Positions 25,801 to 36,119 of a stretch of 64,000 bases of DNA are shown here, piece after piece. The notes below the pieces were generated by a model, which made no database searches, was not told the origin of the DNA, and saw only the letters and a list, made by a program, of their open reading frames with translations. Numbering within the stretch: the stretch's first letter is position 1; each line of letters opens with the position of its first letter. Origin of the DNA: Tubulanus polymorphus (taxonomy: Eukaryota; Animalia; Nemertea); the NCBI RefSeq assembly GCF_964204645.1, contig NC_134027.1, forward strand, positions 16,826,560 to 16,890,559, given 5' to 3'. The position numbers and the translations under genes were made by a program.

Positions 25801-26083
25801 CCTGACGATTTGAGCGCTTTTACGCATCGACATTGTCGTTTTTCCGATAGGGGTTATATTTCATACGAAAACGTCTTTTCTCGCGCTGAACGACGTTTTC
25901 GGGTCGAAAAGTGCTTTTCCTGACGATTTGAGCGCTTTTACGCATCGACATTGTCGTTTTTCCGATAGGGGGAATATTTCATACGAAAACGTCTTTTCTC
26001 GCGCTGAACGACGTTTTCGGGTCGAAAAGTGCTTTTCCTGACGATTTGAGCGCTTTTACGCATCGCAGTGCTTTTCCTGACGA
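4895..26083. repeat. 118-bp tandem satellite DNA, main block (~180 monomers) with higher-order repeats
   Basis: Continuous 118-bp periodicity; diagnostic variants recur at 1534-1535 bp (13-mer) and 4249 bp (36-mer); array ends at 26065 followed by a rearranged fragment agtgcttttcctgacga. Confidence 0.98.
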
Positions 26084-26344
26084 AAATGAACGTGCGGCTC
26101 ATATTTCTATTGTGTGCCTATCCGGTGTAACGCGCGACACGCTTACATAATCTTATCTGTAAATGTGAAGACCTCGGGGGCATTATGTTCTCTAAAGCCC
26201 GACATTATCCCACATTCGGGACTGTGAATGGGTTGATTTTACGGCTGAGTCGACATGTTTCAACAGTTTTTAACTGTTCATTTTTGAATATTTGAAGACT
26301 TACGAACTAAAAATTACTTAAATTTTTGATATTTGAGACTGCGT

Positions 26345-26914
26345 TAGGAATGTTCCACAAAGTCCAAGTGACGCCGTCGTTGTGCGATGCCTTACGGTTT
26401 TTATGGTGGACGAATCGTAATTTAGACGCTAATCCAGATGAATACAGAATGCGCGTGCATCTTTTTGGTGCAACATCTTCGCCTTCTTGCAGCAGTTTTG
26501 CTCTTCGAAGATGCGCATTGGACAACACAGAATTATTCGATGCTACTGTAACTGATACCGTTCTGCGTAATTTTTATGTAGACGATTGTTTGAAATCCGT
26601 CGGGACTGTTCACGCCGCAGTAAGACTTTTGAGCTAATTGATCGAAATTTTAGCTAAAGGGGGATTTCGGTTAACTCAAATTTCAAGGTACTTGAAAGCG
26701 TGCCAGAGACCGAAAGGGCAAAAACGATAAAAGATTTAGATATCAATATTGTGCAACTGCCTATGGAGCGTACTCTTGGCGTATTATGGGATATGGAGTC
26801 TGACTCTTTACTTGTTAGAATCAAAATCGACCATTCGAAGCCCAAAACTAGACGTGGTATCTTATCTACGGTCAGTTCCCTGTATGACCCTATCGGATTT
26901 ACTTCACCTATATC
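26345..26914 (+). pseudogene. BEL/Pao LTR retrotransposon pol fragment (RT and downstream region), disrupted
   Basis: MFHKV..LRFLWW...[61 protein letters not shown]; stop at 26635-26637 and a frameshift; cut at 26914 by Maverick 1. Confidence 0.9.
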
Positions 26915-26966
26915 AGTAGTGATGGTGGGGAACTATAGGCCCGTGGTTAAATTGTGGTTGTGGTTA

Positions 26967-27072
26967 ATCCAAGATGGCGGCGGTCATGTGATCCACGATG
27001 GCGTCCATCCAAGATGGCGGCGGTCATGTGATCCAAGATGGCGTCCGTCCAAGATGGCGGTGGTCACGTGAC
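26967..27072 (+). promoter_or_regulatory. Subterminal 40-bp tandem repeat with YY1-type (CAAGATGGCGGC) and E-box (GTCATGTGA/GTCACGTGAC) motifs
   Basis: atccaagatggcggcggtcatgtgatccacgatggcgtcc x2 plus a partial third unit; five GATGGCG cores and three E-boxes. Confidence 0.6.
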
Positions 27073-27407
27073 CCCTATGATTCAAAAATTGCGGTGGATG
27101 CTCCCAACAGCTGTTACCCGATTACTCATGCGATAATCCGCGTTCGAATAGATTAAACAATACCAATTAACGACAGTTATATATTTCAAACAATGTTATT
27201 TATTTCAAACCATTGCCACGACTCAAAAACAAGTGCGGGCAGGAATATTTATGCAATAGATTTACATCATAGGTCGAAAAGTTATCATTTAGTTACCAGC
27301 CGTCAAGGGGTAAACATCGTCCGATCGCAAAGGAATATATTAAAATGGAGCCGACTAGTTCATGGTATCGCTCGCCGCAGTCTCTGCATATCGTAGAAGT
27401 CGATGAT

Positions 27408-28255
27408 ATGTGTGCACCGAAAAAGCGTCAAAAACTTAACTTACAGGAACGAAGAGGAAAATACCCCAATCTAAAATTGGATTTTAGCGGTACGTTAAAT
27501 TTTTGATTTTAATTTAATTTTCAATATCTTTGTACTTTTAACTTGGGAGTGATATCATGTAGCGGGTCACTTTTCATGGTAGTCGTTGTTAATAATAATT
27601 ATTTCGTTTTCTTTTTCAGGCTTCCACGATGAAAATGCTACGGACAATGTTTTAACACCGCAGTCATTACGGCAAGTCTCCAATACAGAATGTAAAACGT
27701 ACAAGGTGAATTTCAATCAGGATCCTCACTATAGGAATGATGGTATATGCGTCGGTAAAATTGTGGCAGGGGAAGAAACGAATCGACATACGATTGCACA
27801 ATAGTAATCGTATAATGAAACTATTCCCTACAAAGTGTGGAATTTCGTTGTATTTGGAGGAATGGATAAATCTCAACCGTGGAAAAGCGGGCATCGAGGA
27901 TGATATCATATCCGTAAAAAACAATCATTTACACAAAGGCGTGTTCAGCTTAGGTCGAAATAACTATTTAAAAATATACCGTTCACTCCATTCAGGGCAT
28001 ATTTGCGTTGACATTAGAAAATATACTAGAGACGTTGTCGTCGGTGAAACAAATGCCACCAGTACCGGTATAACGTTGTCTCTTGCGCAGTTGCAAAATT
28101 TAAAAGCTATCAATTTCGAGCACGATGCACCGGAACTAGAAGAAATGTCAATCTGTTTTCACGAAAATCAGGAGGATCGATGTTTATTTTGTCCAGATGA
28201 TGACACGTCAGATATACTGCAATGCCCCGAGTTCTTCGATATTTCATCAAAGTAA
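27408..28255 (+). CDS. Tandem PC4/Sub1-like ssDNA-binding domain protein, probably spliced (intron 27490-27619) and frameshifted near 27710
   Basis: YASVKLWQGKKRIDIR...PTKCGISL.LEEW and FSLGRNNYL.....VDIRKY...ATSTGITLS..QL match the PC4 fold pattern twice; GTACGT donor and TTTTCTTTTTCAG acceptor join an upstream exon in frame. Confidence 0.7.
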
Positions 28256-28396
28256 AGAACACAATCATTTATGTATAAGCGTAAAAATAAAAGTATAATT
28301 TATTGATCTATTTATGAATACGTAATAAAAAGTATAAAAAAATAAACATCTTTTTTTCATTATTCTTCTGGTATATATAAATGGATCTCATTTTTC

Positions 28397-31300
28397 TCAA
28401 AAACCAAATGGAACGTAAATGTGCGGACTACCCGGAACAAACGCACGTTTCGTATATACAAGCACGATAAATCTTTCGTTCATCTCTATTTACAATGTCG
28501 CACGTTTTTATTAGCCTTGTAATTTTGTTCGGGTTATTAACGTATGAATGATCAAATTTCCCGTCGACGACCATTTCTAACAAAGAATTAAAGTTTATTA
28601 TTTTATTATTTCTATGGTTAAGCGATATCCCCTTAACTTTACATACCGTGGAATACTTTTTATCCCGCGGCGAGTACACCCTAAACGCATAATTTTTTGG
28701 CCCTCCCGATACAACTCTGTGATATAGGCCCCCTCCCCATAATCCCCCGATAACTCGTCGGTCATTGGGGTTCGATCCCCTATTTTTTCATATAACTATA
28801 TAATATCAACCGCGCATGCGCCGTTGTGAATGCGGCTAGAGTAACGCTTGTTCTCAAACACATTTTGACAGCGTCGTCGACCTTTTTATAGTGTACGCGT
28901 ACAATCTCGTCGTTGCACAATAACACATCGCTGATCTCTAACGACGAGTCGTTTATCATGGCGAACAAATCACCCGGGTCGGATATATATTTCGATGTAG
29001 TTTTATTTTGTTTCTGCCCGAGTTTCCCCCACATTGAATTTAGACATAACTTCGCGACAGTTCGAAGGCCACTAATCTTTTTGATTTTCTCTTTTTCCAA
29101 ATCAACCCCCTCCCGAAATTTGTAATCATCTATGAATTTATCTCTTTCAGCCTCTGACATATTATCGCGCGGCCACCCACTGGCTTCGGTTTTCACTTTA
29201 AGAAATTGATTAATGTAATCTTTGAACAGCCCCGTTGCATATGAGTTCCAATTCCACACCTCATGAATTTGAATGATTTTATAACCCAAACTTATGGCTT
29301 TCACCACCTCTAGCGTAACCCACTCCCCAGAAGAACGCGCTCCGTTTCGTTATGCGTGCATACGTCGTGTTGGTTACATGTGTTGGCGCATGTTGCGCAA
29401 AGTGGGAACGTCAATTTACCACCGGACCTGTATGGTAATACGGGCAGAAATAAACCCCGGGGTGGTAAAATTGAGCATTTGATTAGACCGTAATATTCAG
29501 ATATATCACTGCTGAAATTTTCAGTGATAACATCAGGGTGCCCAATCGGGTAGCCACATCGACTATTCACGTACGGGTATAAAGAGCAAATGTCGATGTA
29601 GCTGATTTTTTCATCGTCGACGATTTTATGATGAAGCTTTATGGTGTTAGTTCGACCCCCGTAGAAACATTTTCTAGGTTCGGGGGGGGCGAGGGGGGGG
29701 TCGAAAACAGTTACACGTTCCACAAAGGACTTAAAATTTACGTCGTCACGAATCTTACGGTTGTAATCGTGTTCCCACATATGCACAACAGTATAACCCA
29801 TTGTTTCCAACTCGTGCTTACGACGTAACGTAGCCTGATACACGTCGTCAAACGTGCGACCACCTCTGTTACAAACTACCGGGTCACCTCTAACCGGGAA
29901 GCATTCGGGGCAACCGTGAAAGTAACACCCGTTAAACTCGTAGACAGTGCGTGTTTTTTCGTGGCAACCGTCTACCTTAAATTAACCGAGTGTTACTTCA
30001 CCCCCGTTCAAAACGTGTTTGATCTCCAAATTTTTGTCCAACGCCAACCATTTCAACCACTGAACAGCCATTTTTGAATACTTTGCGTTTGGTTTATATC
30101 CACCCGGTGGTATGAGACCAATCGTGTCGGGTTTTAAAAAACGCGATCTGAGTGCGAGATTGCACGCTGCGGCGATCGTGATGCAACCGTCGAATGGGTC
30201 GACACTCGTAATCTTATAGAATAACTCTTGGAATTCGACTACGGATTGCATCAGAATGTCGACATCCGAGCGGCAATACTCGACTAGCTCGGTTTGCATA
30301 TCGAAATGTTTTTCAAGCTGTTCGGCGTGCCATTTGAGAAATTGCTGTCGATCGTTCTCGTTCATCCCGTCGGGGTTATAATATTTTGATTCGGGTACCG
30401 AACCGGAATAATTCAAAGTTTCCTCCCGGCAGAAGAGATATGGAAAATACCCCTTTTTTAATTCAATTAACCCCAACGTCGATGGCAATTTTGCCAATTT
30501 CATCGGTAAAAAGTTTAAGGTATCTAAAAACTGCATATTCAAATGCTTCACGTACATGGACATGATTTTACCGCCATTAGGGATAACTTCGGGTAAAATG
30601 CTCTAATTCACTAGAAACTTTAACACAAAGTAACCGTCAAATGAAATTGTGGGCAAACACCAGCGACCCTCGGTTCTCTTCCGAAAATAACCATCCGAAA
30701 ATAACCATTCGCAGAACGAGGTATGTGCTCGTTTTTCCCACACTCGCTACACGTCGAATCGGCGGTTCTTTTGGTCAAAGCACAAGTACCGCAGGTACGG
30801 TGCGCAATCGCCAAAATAACTCTGTGCGTGCCATCCACCGTCATCGTCTCGAAGTCAAACGATATTAATTTTTTTTCCGAGACGAATTCGGTGGATTTTT
30901 CGGCGACCTTATCATCGTCGTCGTCGTCGTTAGACTTTTTTGTTACCAGTTGCATGTAACAGAGGTGATCGAGGGGCATATCTTTACCGCACGATTTGCA
31001 AAAGTTCAACCCGCAATTATGATCGTCTAATTGATTTCGTGCGACAATTTTTTTACAACCGAGACAACGTGCTTTTCGATCGCACATTACCGAACCGAAT
31101 TTATTTTTGCGAGTCGTGTGTCGTAGGAAACACGCGCAATAAAATACACCGGGTTGCTTAACGCAATCTATACCTAAACATAAAGAACAAATGTTTTTAC
31201 ATTTGTCCTTTTCCAACGATTTGAATCCTTTTTTACATGTAAAACAGTAGTACGGTTTATACGTGAATGCTGTCATCGATTTGATAACGTCGAAGTGGTT

Positions 31301-32063
31301 ATCACAATACAAAAGAATGATATGCCGCTCGCAATCGGGTTTCACGTTTTCGTAAAGATATTTGTAACTGACGTTATCACCGGTGACAACAATCACGTGG
31401 TATTGTTTCAATACGGTTTTGGCAAATTTATCTAAATTCACCTAAACCACAAAGACTGACTGGAACGTTGGCCTCATGGTGTAATTGTATAGCGGCCGTT
31501 TGTTGAGCGCGCTTTTCTGGATGCCTCAATTGGTCGTATGCGGGGTTATTGTCGGCTAGCGCTTTACCTACTACGAGTGCCCTCGCCAGACATAATTCGT
31601 CGTCGGGGTTGATAATGCGTAAAATCGATCGTTTCGTTTTCGTGAAATTTTCTAGATTCACGCTAACGCGTTTCTTATAACCACCGCCTTCGGGTAGTCT
31701 AATAAAAATGAAATGGAAAATTATTCCATTCACATCCAACGATTCATGCGATTGCAACACCTTTCCGATCGTATCTTATATGAACTCTAAAGAGAGTTCC
31801 CTGACATTCATCAGCGGAAAGTTGATATTGCCGTTTAAATCGGGATGTTCGATTGACTACCTCATGTGATCGCGATCAGTGGCACCCATCATATCAAAGG
31901 TTCCCTCCATGATGGTATTAATTGAATTACGAATGAGTGCACTAATCTCAGGCGGTTGGTCATCTTGATTATCATTATATGGTTCGTCGTCGTCGGGCAT
32001 GTTGAGGGTTGCTTTAAACACATCGGTTTTCATCGAAAACTTCTTACTCTCTTGTTGATACAT
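28397..32063 (-). pseudogene. Protein-primed family B DNA polymerase (pPolB group 1) of Maverick 1, multiply frameshifted
   Basis: LCLARALVVG/HFDVI N-terminal domain, ISFDFET, FLDTLNFLPMKLAKLP, YCRSDVDIL, Vsr-like VYEFNGCYFHGC, CFYGGRTN, YIDICSLYP, KLCLNSMWGKLGQ, terminal VPFGF; the DTDS segment is deleted near 28770. Confidence 0.92.
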
Positions 32064-32146
32064 CTGGAAAGATCATGAATTACACCGTTTTAAAACATTG
32101 AAAATATTTCACATTTAAACTTATATTTTATAATTATATAGCTTCT

Positions 32147-32611
32147 TTATAAAAGTAAAGCGATAAAAACCCTTCGTAACGTAATACACCCTTTTATTAT
32201 TTCGTCGTATGCGTCTGTTCGTTTCCTTTTCTGTTTCGGTTCGTCTTCACTGGTAGTGGGTTTTTGAATGCAAACTTCGGAGTGTTTTTTCAACCCTGTT
32301 ACGCTCCCAAACACTTTAGTACACCACGTGCAATGGAATTCGGAAGTTTTTGTATTCGTCATTGAAGTACTACTACTAGCTGCGGGTGATGACACGTGCG
32401 GTATCGGATCTGTTGTTGTTGTTGTTGTTTGCGATGATGATGGTCGGTGTTGTCTAGACTTCATATGTCGAACCAGGGCATCCTTCCTACCGAATGCCCT
32501 CCCGCACAACGAGCACTTAAACCCTTTCTTGCCGATATGCGTTAGTTCGTGGCGTTCGAGTACGTGTTTGTACTCGAACGTTTTTCCACAAATTTTACAA
32601 TCATGCACCAT
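32147..32611 (-). CDS. C2H2 zinc-finger ORF, likely 5' exon/N-terminus of the pPolB gene
   Basis: CKICGKTF...[16 protein letters not shown]....[14 protein letters not shown]...H; TTTCCAG acceptor directly before ATG at 32063. Confidence 0.7.
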   Translation of the reverse strand: MVHDCKICGKTFEYKHVLERHELTHIGKKGFKCSLCGRAFGRKDALVRHMKSRQHRPSSSQTTTTTTDPIPHVSSPAASSSTSMTNTKTSEFHCTWCTKVFGSVTGLKKHSEVCIQKPTTSEDEPKQKRKRTDAYDEIIKGCITLRRVFIALLL

Positions 32612-32837
32612 TTTTTAGGGTTTTCTGACTTTCGTCGAAAACCCTCTTGAAATTCTGTTGATTATTATTATTATATATTTTCCGCCGATTTCGTCAAATG
32701 AAATTCATCTCTATTCAGATTCGGCAACTGACAGCTTCGAAACGAAATGTATAAATTGATACTGTAATAACGGTCTCTCTGAACCAACAGATTGTATACT
32801 AGATATACCCGAAAAAAGCGTGTAATATAGTTTTAAA

Positions 32838-33497
32838 ATGACTGAATATACCGGCCCTCGAAATTTGATTCACCCGATGACCGCCTTAGTTAGTGGTCCC
32901 ACCGGATGTGGAAAAACATGGTTAGTGAAAAACATTATCAAAGAAAAAGTTATAAACGAACCGCCAGAGAAAATTTACTGGTTTTACGGGGAAGCGCAGT
33001 CGAAGTTATTCGCGGACCTACAGGACGAAGGGGTGCCGTTTATTCGAGGATTTTCATCAGAGATTTACGAAAATATAGATGGTAGTCAACGTACTTTGAT
33101 AATTATCGATGATTTGATGGATGAAATTGCGTCAGATAAAAATCTAGCGATCATTTACACGCGAGGTTCACATCATAAAAACATATCAGTGATTACTATA
33201 GTTCAAAATTTATTTCCCAAAGGGCGACAATTCAGAAACAGTAGTCTTAATTGTCACTATATAGTAGCGTTCAAGTCAGCGCGGGACAGAAATCAGATAA
33301 AAACACTAGCGCAACAAGCCGGTCTACGGAAGGAAGTCGAATACGCGTTCAAAGATGCCATTAAAAATCCTCACGGATATTTGTTGTTGGACTTTAAGCC
33401 TCGAACGGACGATCGATGGCGTATAAGGACCCGTATCCTCCCCAGCGATATATATGTATATACGTTGTATACAAACCGAGAAAAAGTTAATCATTAA
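32838..33497 (+). CDS. A32/FtsK-like genome packaging ATPase (Maverick 1)
   Basis: Walker A GPTGCGKT, Walker B IIIDDLM, RGSHHKNISV..IVQN, GYLLLD. Confidence 0.92.
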   Translation: MTEYTGPRNLIHPMTALVSGPTGCGKTWLVKNIIKEKVINEPPEKIYWFYGEAQSKLFADLQDEGVPFIRGFSSEIYENIDGSQRTLIIIDDLMDEIASDKNLAIIYTRGSHHKNISVITIVQNLFPKGRQFRNSSLNCHYIVAFKSARDRNQIKTLAQQAGLRKEVEYAFKDAIKNPHGYLLLDFKPRTDDRWRIRTRILPSDIYVYTLYTNREKVNH

Positions 33498-33522
33498 AAG
33501 TAACTATATGTGATTTCGATCA

Positions 33523-33972
33523 ATGTGTGGATATATGATTAAAAGGATGGCCAAGTCGAAAAATGCGTTACCCGCCAATCGTCGCAAACTCGACAAGTAT
33601 AGTAATCTTAAAAAGTTCACTCCCCATCTACACGTATTGGCAACATCTGATGGAAAACGAAGGAAAGGAGTTGTGGACAACGCGTCGCTAGGATTCATTA
33701 AATGTTTGTCGGAAATTTGTATGAATTCTCTAGCCGGAAATACACCGCATTATGTAAAAGAGAAACGAGTTTTGAAACAGCTTAAACGATACCTACGTAT
33801 GTTGGCAAACAAATCTCTTGCCGGGAAACACAAACGGAAGATTATTTCACAGAAAGGTGGCTTTTTGCCGTTTTTATTACCTGCTTTATTACCCGCCATC
33901 GGGGGTCTAGCGGCTAGCGCAGCTGGGGCTGCTATAGGAGCAACGATCGAAAACAAAATTAGAAATGGCTAA
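33523..33972 (+). CDS. Maverick basic virion protein with QKGG/FLP protease-type site and amphipathic C-terminal helix
   Basis: IKCLSEICMN.L.GN, QKGGFLPFLLPALLPAIGGL pattern typical of the gene following the ATPase in animal Mavericks. Confidence 0.7.
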   Translation: MCGYMIKRMAKSKNALPANRRKLDKYSNLKKFTPHLHVLATSDGKRRKGVVDNASLGFIKCLSEICMNSLAGNTPHYVKEKRVLKQLKRYLRMLANKSLAGKHKRKIISQKGGFLPFLLPALLPAIGGLAASAAGAAIGATIENKIRNG

Positions 33973-34621
33973 CCCTGTTGAGAAACTCATTATCGTACCC
34001 GAATCAATGTTGACCGTATTACGAGAATATCTAGGAGAACGACCACGGGGCGACAAAACTGTTTTGTCGAATGAAAAGAATTATTTCGTTTACAATCAAC
34101 GTTTACATCAAATGCTGAAAGATAAGGATCCACCTACGCAAATATCAAACATATCAGAGACGATACAAAATGACCCGGACACAGATGAAAAAGAGGAAAA
34201 ACGGGAACTTAGAACGACATTCGATATTGATGACGTACTCAAACTTTTACCTCAAAAATATCGTGAAAAATCGAGACAGATTTTACGCGTGTTTAAGAAC
34301 AATTCGCACTTGATGGAATGGAACGAACGTTTGGAACTAAACTTCAAGGGAAATCTAGTACCGAATAGTAATTTGATTGATTTGCTATATACGTCAATGG
34401 TCCAGTCGAGCAATTTCAACGCACCGGGTATGGATGAATTTGTCAAAACGTTCCAAATACTAAATATTCCCGTAACGCCCGTAAACAATTGTAAATTGCG
34501 CGATATGATAATAATGACTTCTATTACCGTTGATATGAAGCCTAAACGTAAAAGAGCCTTAGTTCTGGGTACAGATGACGAGTCCGACGTTAATCAGCGT
34601 GTTCCGGACGACAATCTGTAA
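33965..34621 (+). CDS. Conserved Maverick hypothetical protein
   Basis: LPQKYR.K...IL, WNERLEL...G..VPNSNLIDLL motif; position within the core gene block. Confidence 0.65.
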   Translation: MANPVEKLIIVPESMLTVLREYLGERPRGDKTVLSNEKNYFVYNQRLHQMLKDKDPPTQISNISETIQNDPDTDEKEEKRELRTTFDIDDVLKLLPQKYREKSRQILRVFKNNSHLMEWNERLELNFKGNLVPNSNLIDLLYTSMVQSSNFNAPGMDEFVKTFQILNIPVTPVNNCKLRDMIIMTSITVDMKPKRKRALVLGTDDESDVNQRVPDDNL

Positions 34622-34771
34622 AACAAAATAAAGCCAAATGTAATGAGTGGATCTTCTTTTAATATGAATCAAACAATAAATGCTATAATCATTATTATTA
34701 TGTAACGACATATGTTGCTCTCTTCTTTTGTCTGTAAGGTATACATGTTTATACACGAATCGCCATTAAAA

Positions 34772-35264
34772 ATGGAGATAGTAAATGTGGTCGGAATGGC
34801 TTGCTTAAACTGCGAAATTGATCTAACCAGTTTAGCTAATACAGAAATTAATATTATTTACAACAAACGTAATTTTAGTGGAGCGATATGGAAACCCAGG
34901 AAAATCGATGGAACTTGTCTATTATTTAGAAATGGTAAAATGGTTATCACGGGTTCGAAAATTATATTTCGGAACAAACAAGCGGCGAGACAATTTGGTC
35001 GAAAAGTGCAAAAATTGGGTTATAAAGTAAAATTTTCAGAAGACTAGAAAACGGATTTCTTTGGAAACTTTAGACATTTTGTTGGGCAACAGTTCGAGGG
35101 ACGAACCGGAAATATTTCCGGGACTCGTGTATACAGCGGGTAATCGAATAAAATGCATCGTGCATAACGGTGGAACGATCATCTTGACGGGGGCTAGAAA
35201 TGAGCGAGTGATACAAGATGTGTACTCTAACATTCTTTTAAATGTCTTTCTCAGTCGCGACTAA
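34772..35264 (+). pseudogene. TATA-binding protein (TBP) homolog with internal deletion/frameshift near 35040
   Basis: NVVG...LNCEIDL..LA....NIIYN.RNFSGAI.K.R....TCLLFRNGKMVITGSK...AARQFGRKVQKLGY.VKF and EPEIFPGLVY......IILTGAR....I.DVYSNI align by eye to the two TBP core repeats. Confidence 0.85.
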
Positions 35265-35295
35265 CTCATAAAAACTCGAACTTTATGAACGCGCG

Positions 35296-35586
35296 GTGAT
35301 AATGATGACAGAGAAAATTGTGAGATTTATATTATACGGATTATTCGACATGACTCACGTATACGTGATATTAATACCTAAAAATTATCTACACGATATC
35401 AATCGTATGGTGAAAACTTTCGTCGAACAACGTTGTGACGCGAATAGCTTGAAAATGATTTTACAGGAACTCGATATGTCGATTAATTTATATCGTAAAA
35501 TTGTAGGCGCGATATTTTGTATAAAATTAACTAAAATAATACCCGCGCAGAAGTATGTTATAGAGAAACTTTATATGATTTTTTGA
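35296..35586 (+). CDS. Small hypothetical Maverick 1 ORF
   Basis: 96-aa ORF co-oriented with neighbours; no motif recognised. Confidence 0.3.
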   Translation: MIMMTEKIVRFILYGLFDMTHVYVILIPKNYLHDINRMVKTFVEQRCDANSLKMILQELDMSINLYRKIVGAIFCIKLTKIIPAQKYVIEKLYMIF

Positions 35587-35961
35587 AATATAGAAAAATG
35601 TTCAAACCTAATATTGTGTAATTAAATTTATTATCAAACCTAAGTTTTTTCAATCGGAAATTTTATCGAACCGTTTAGTATTTTCCCTATTTTAATTTGT
35701 AAAACAGGAAATTGTCGTCATCAAAATGCATTCCAACCGAGATAGAATAACATATGATTTATGACGAACGTGGTTTGATAAAAGATCCATTAAAAGAGCA
35801 CATGAGGTAAACACTGTCCCAGATATTTGCAAACATGTGTAGTAAAGTATTGAAATTGTGTTGCTGTTTAACCGATGAAAATTTCGAGTTGAACTGCAAG
35901 GTTAGTAAAGTGAATTGCATCTCCTCTTGTTGTCGTGGTAACACCGTGGTAATTGGTAACA

Positions 35962-36119
35962 ATGACAAAGTTGACGGGAATGCAGAACGAGTGGTTGACG
36001 AAAGTTTATTTCGCACCAAAACATCCCGGTTCTTTTGGAAGCGTTCAAACTCTAAACAGATCAGCAAAAGCAAACGGTCAGAAGATTTCTCGAAGACAAA
36101 TCAAAGATTGGTTGTTGCG
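35962..36119 (+). pseudogene. Maverick 1 retroviral-like integrase, 5' part
   Basis: VYFAPKHPGSFGSV..L...IKDWLLR; removing the insertion restores DWLLRQEVYTLHAPARK. Confidence 0.85.

Noticed and set aside
1-26083. CRISPR-like array
   Set aside because: No unique spacers and no cas genes; whole monomers repeat; eukaryotic context
26084-26344. Possible LTR or RNA gene between satellite and BEL fragment
   Set aside because: No TG...CA LTR pair, PBS, cloverleaf or other recognisable signal
26915-27071. C-terminus of ORF 26700-27071 (HPRWRRSCDPRWRPSK) as BEL protein
   Set aside because: Read-through into the Maverick 1 terminal repeats
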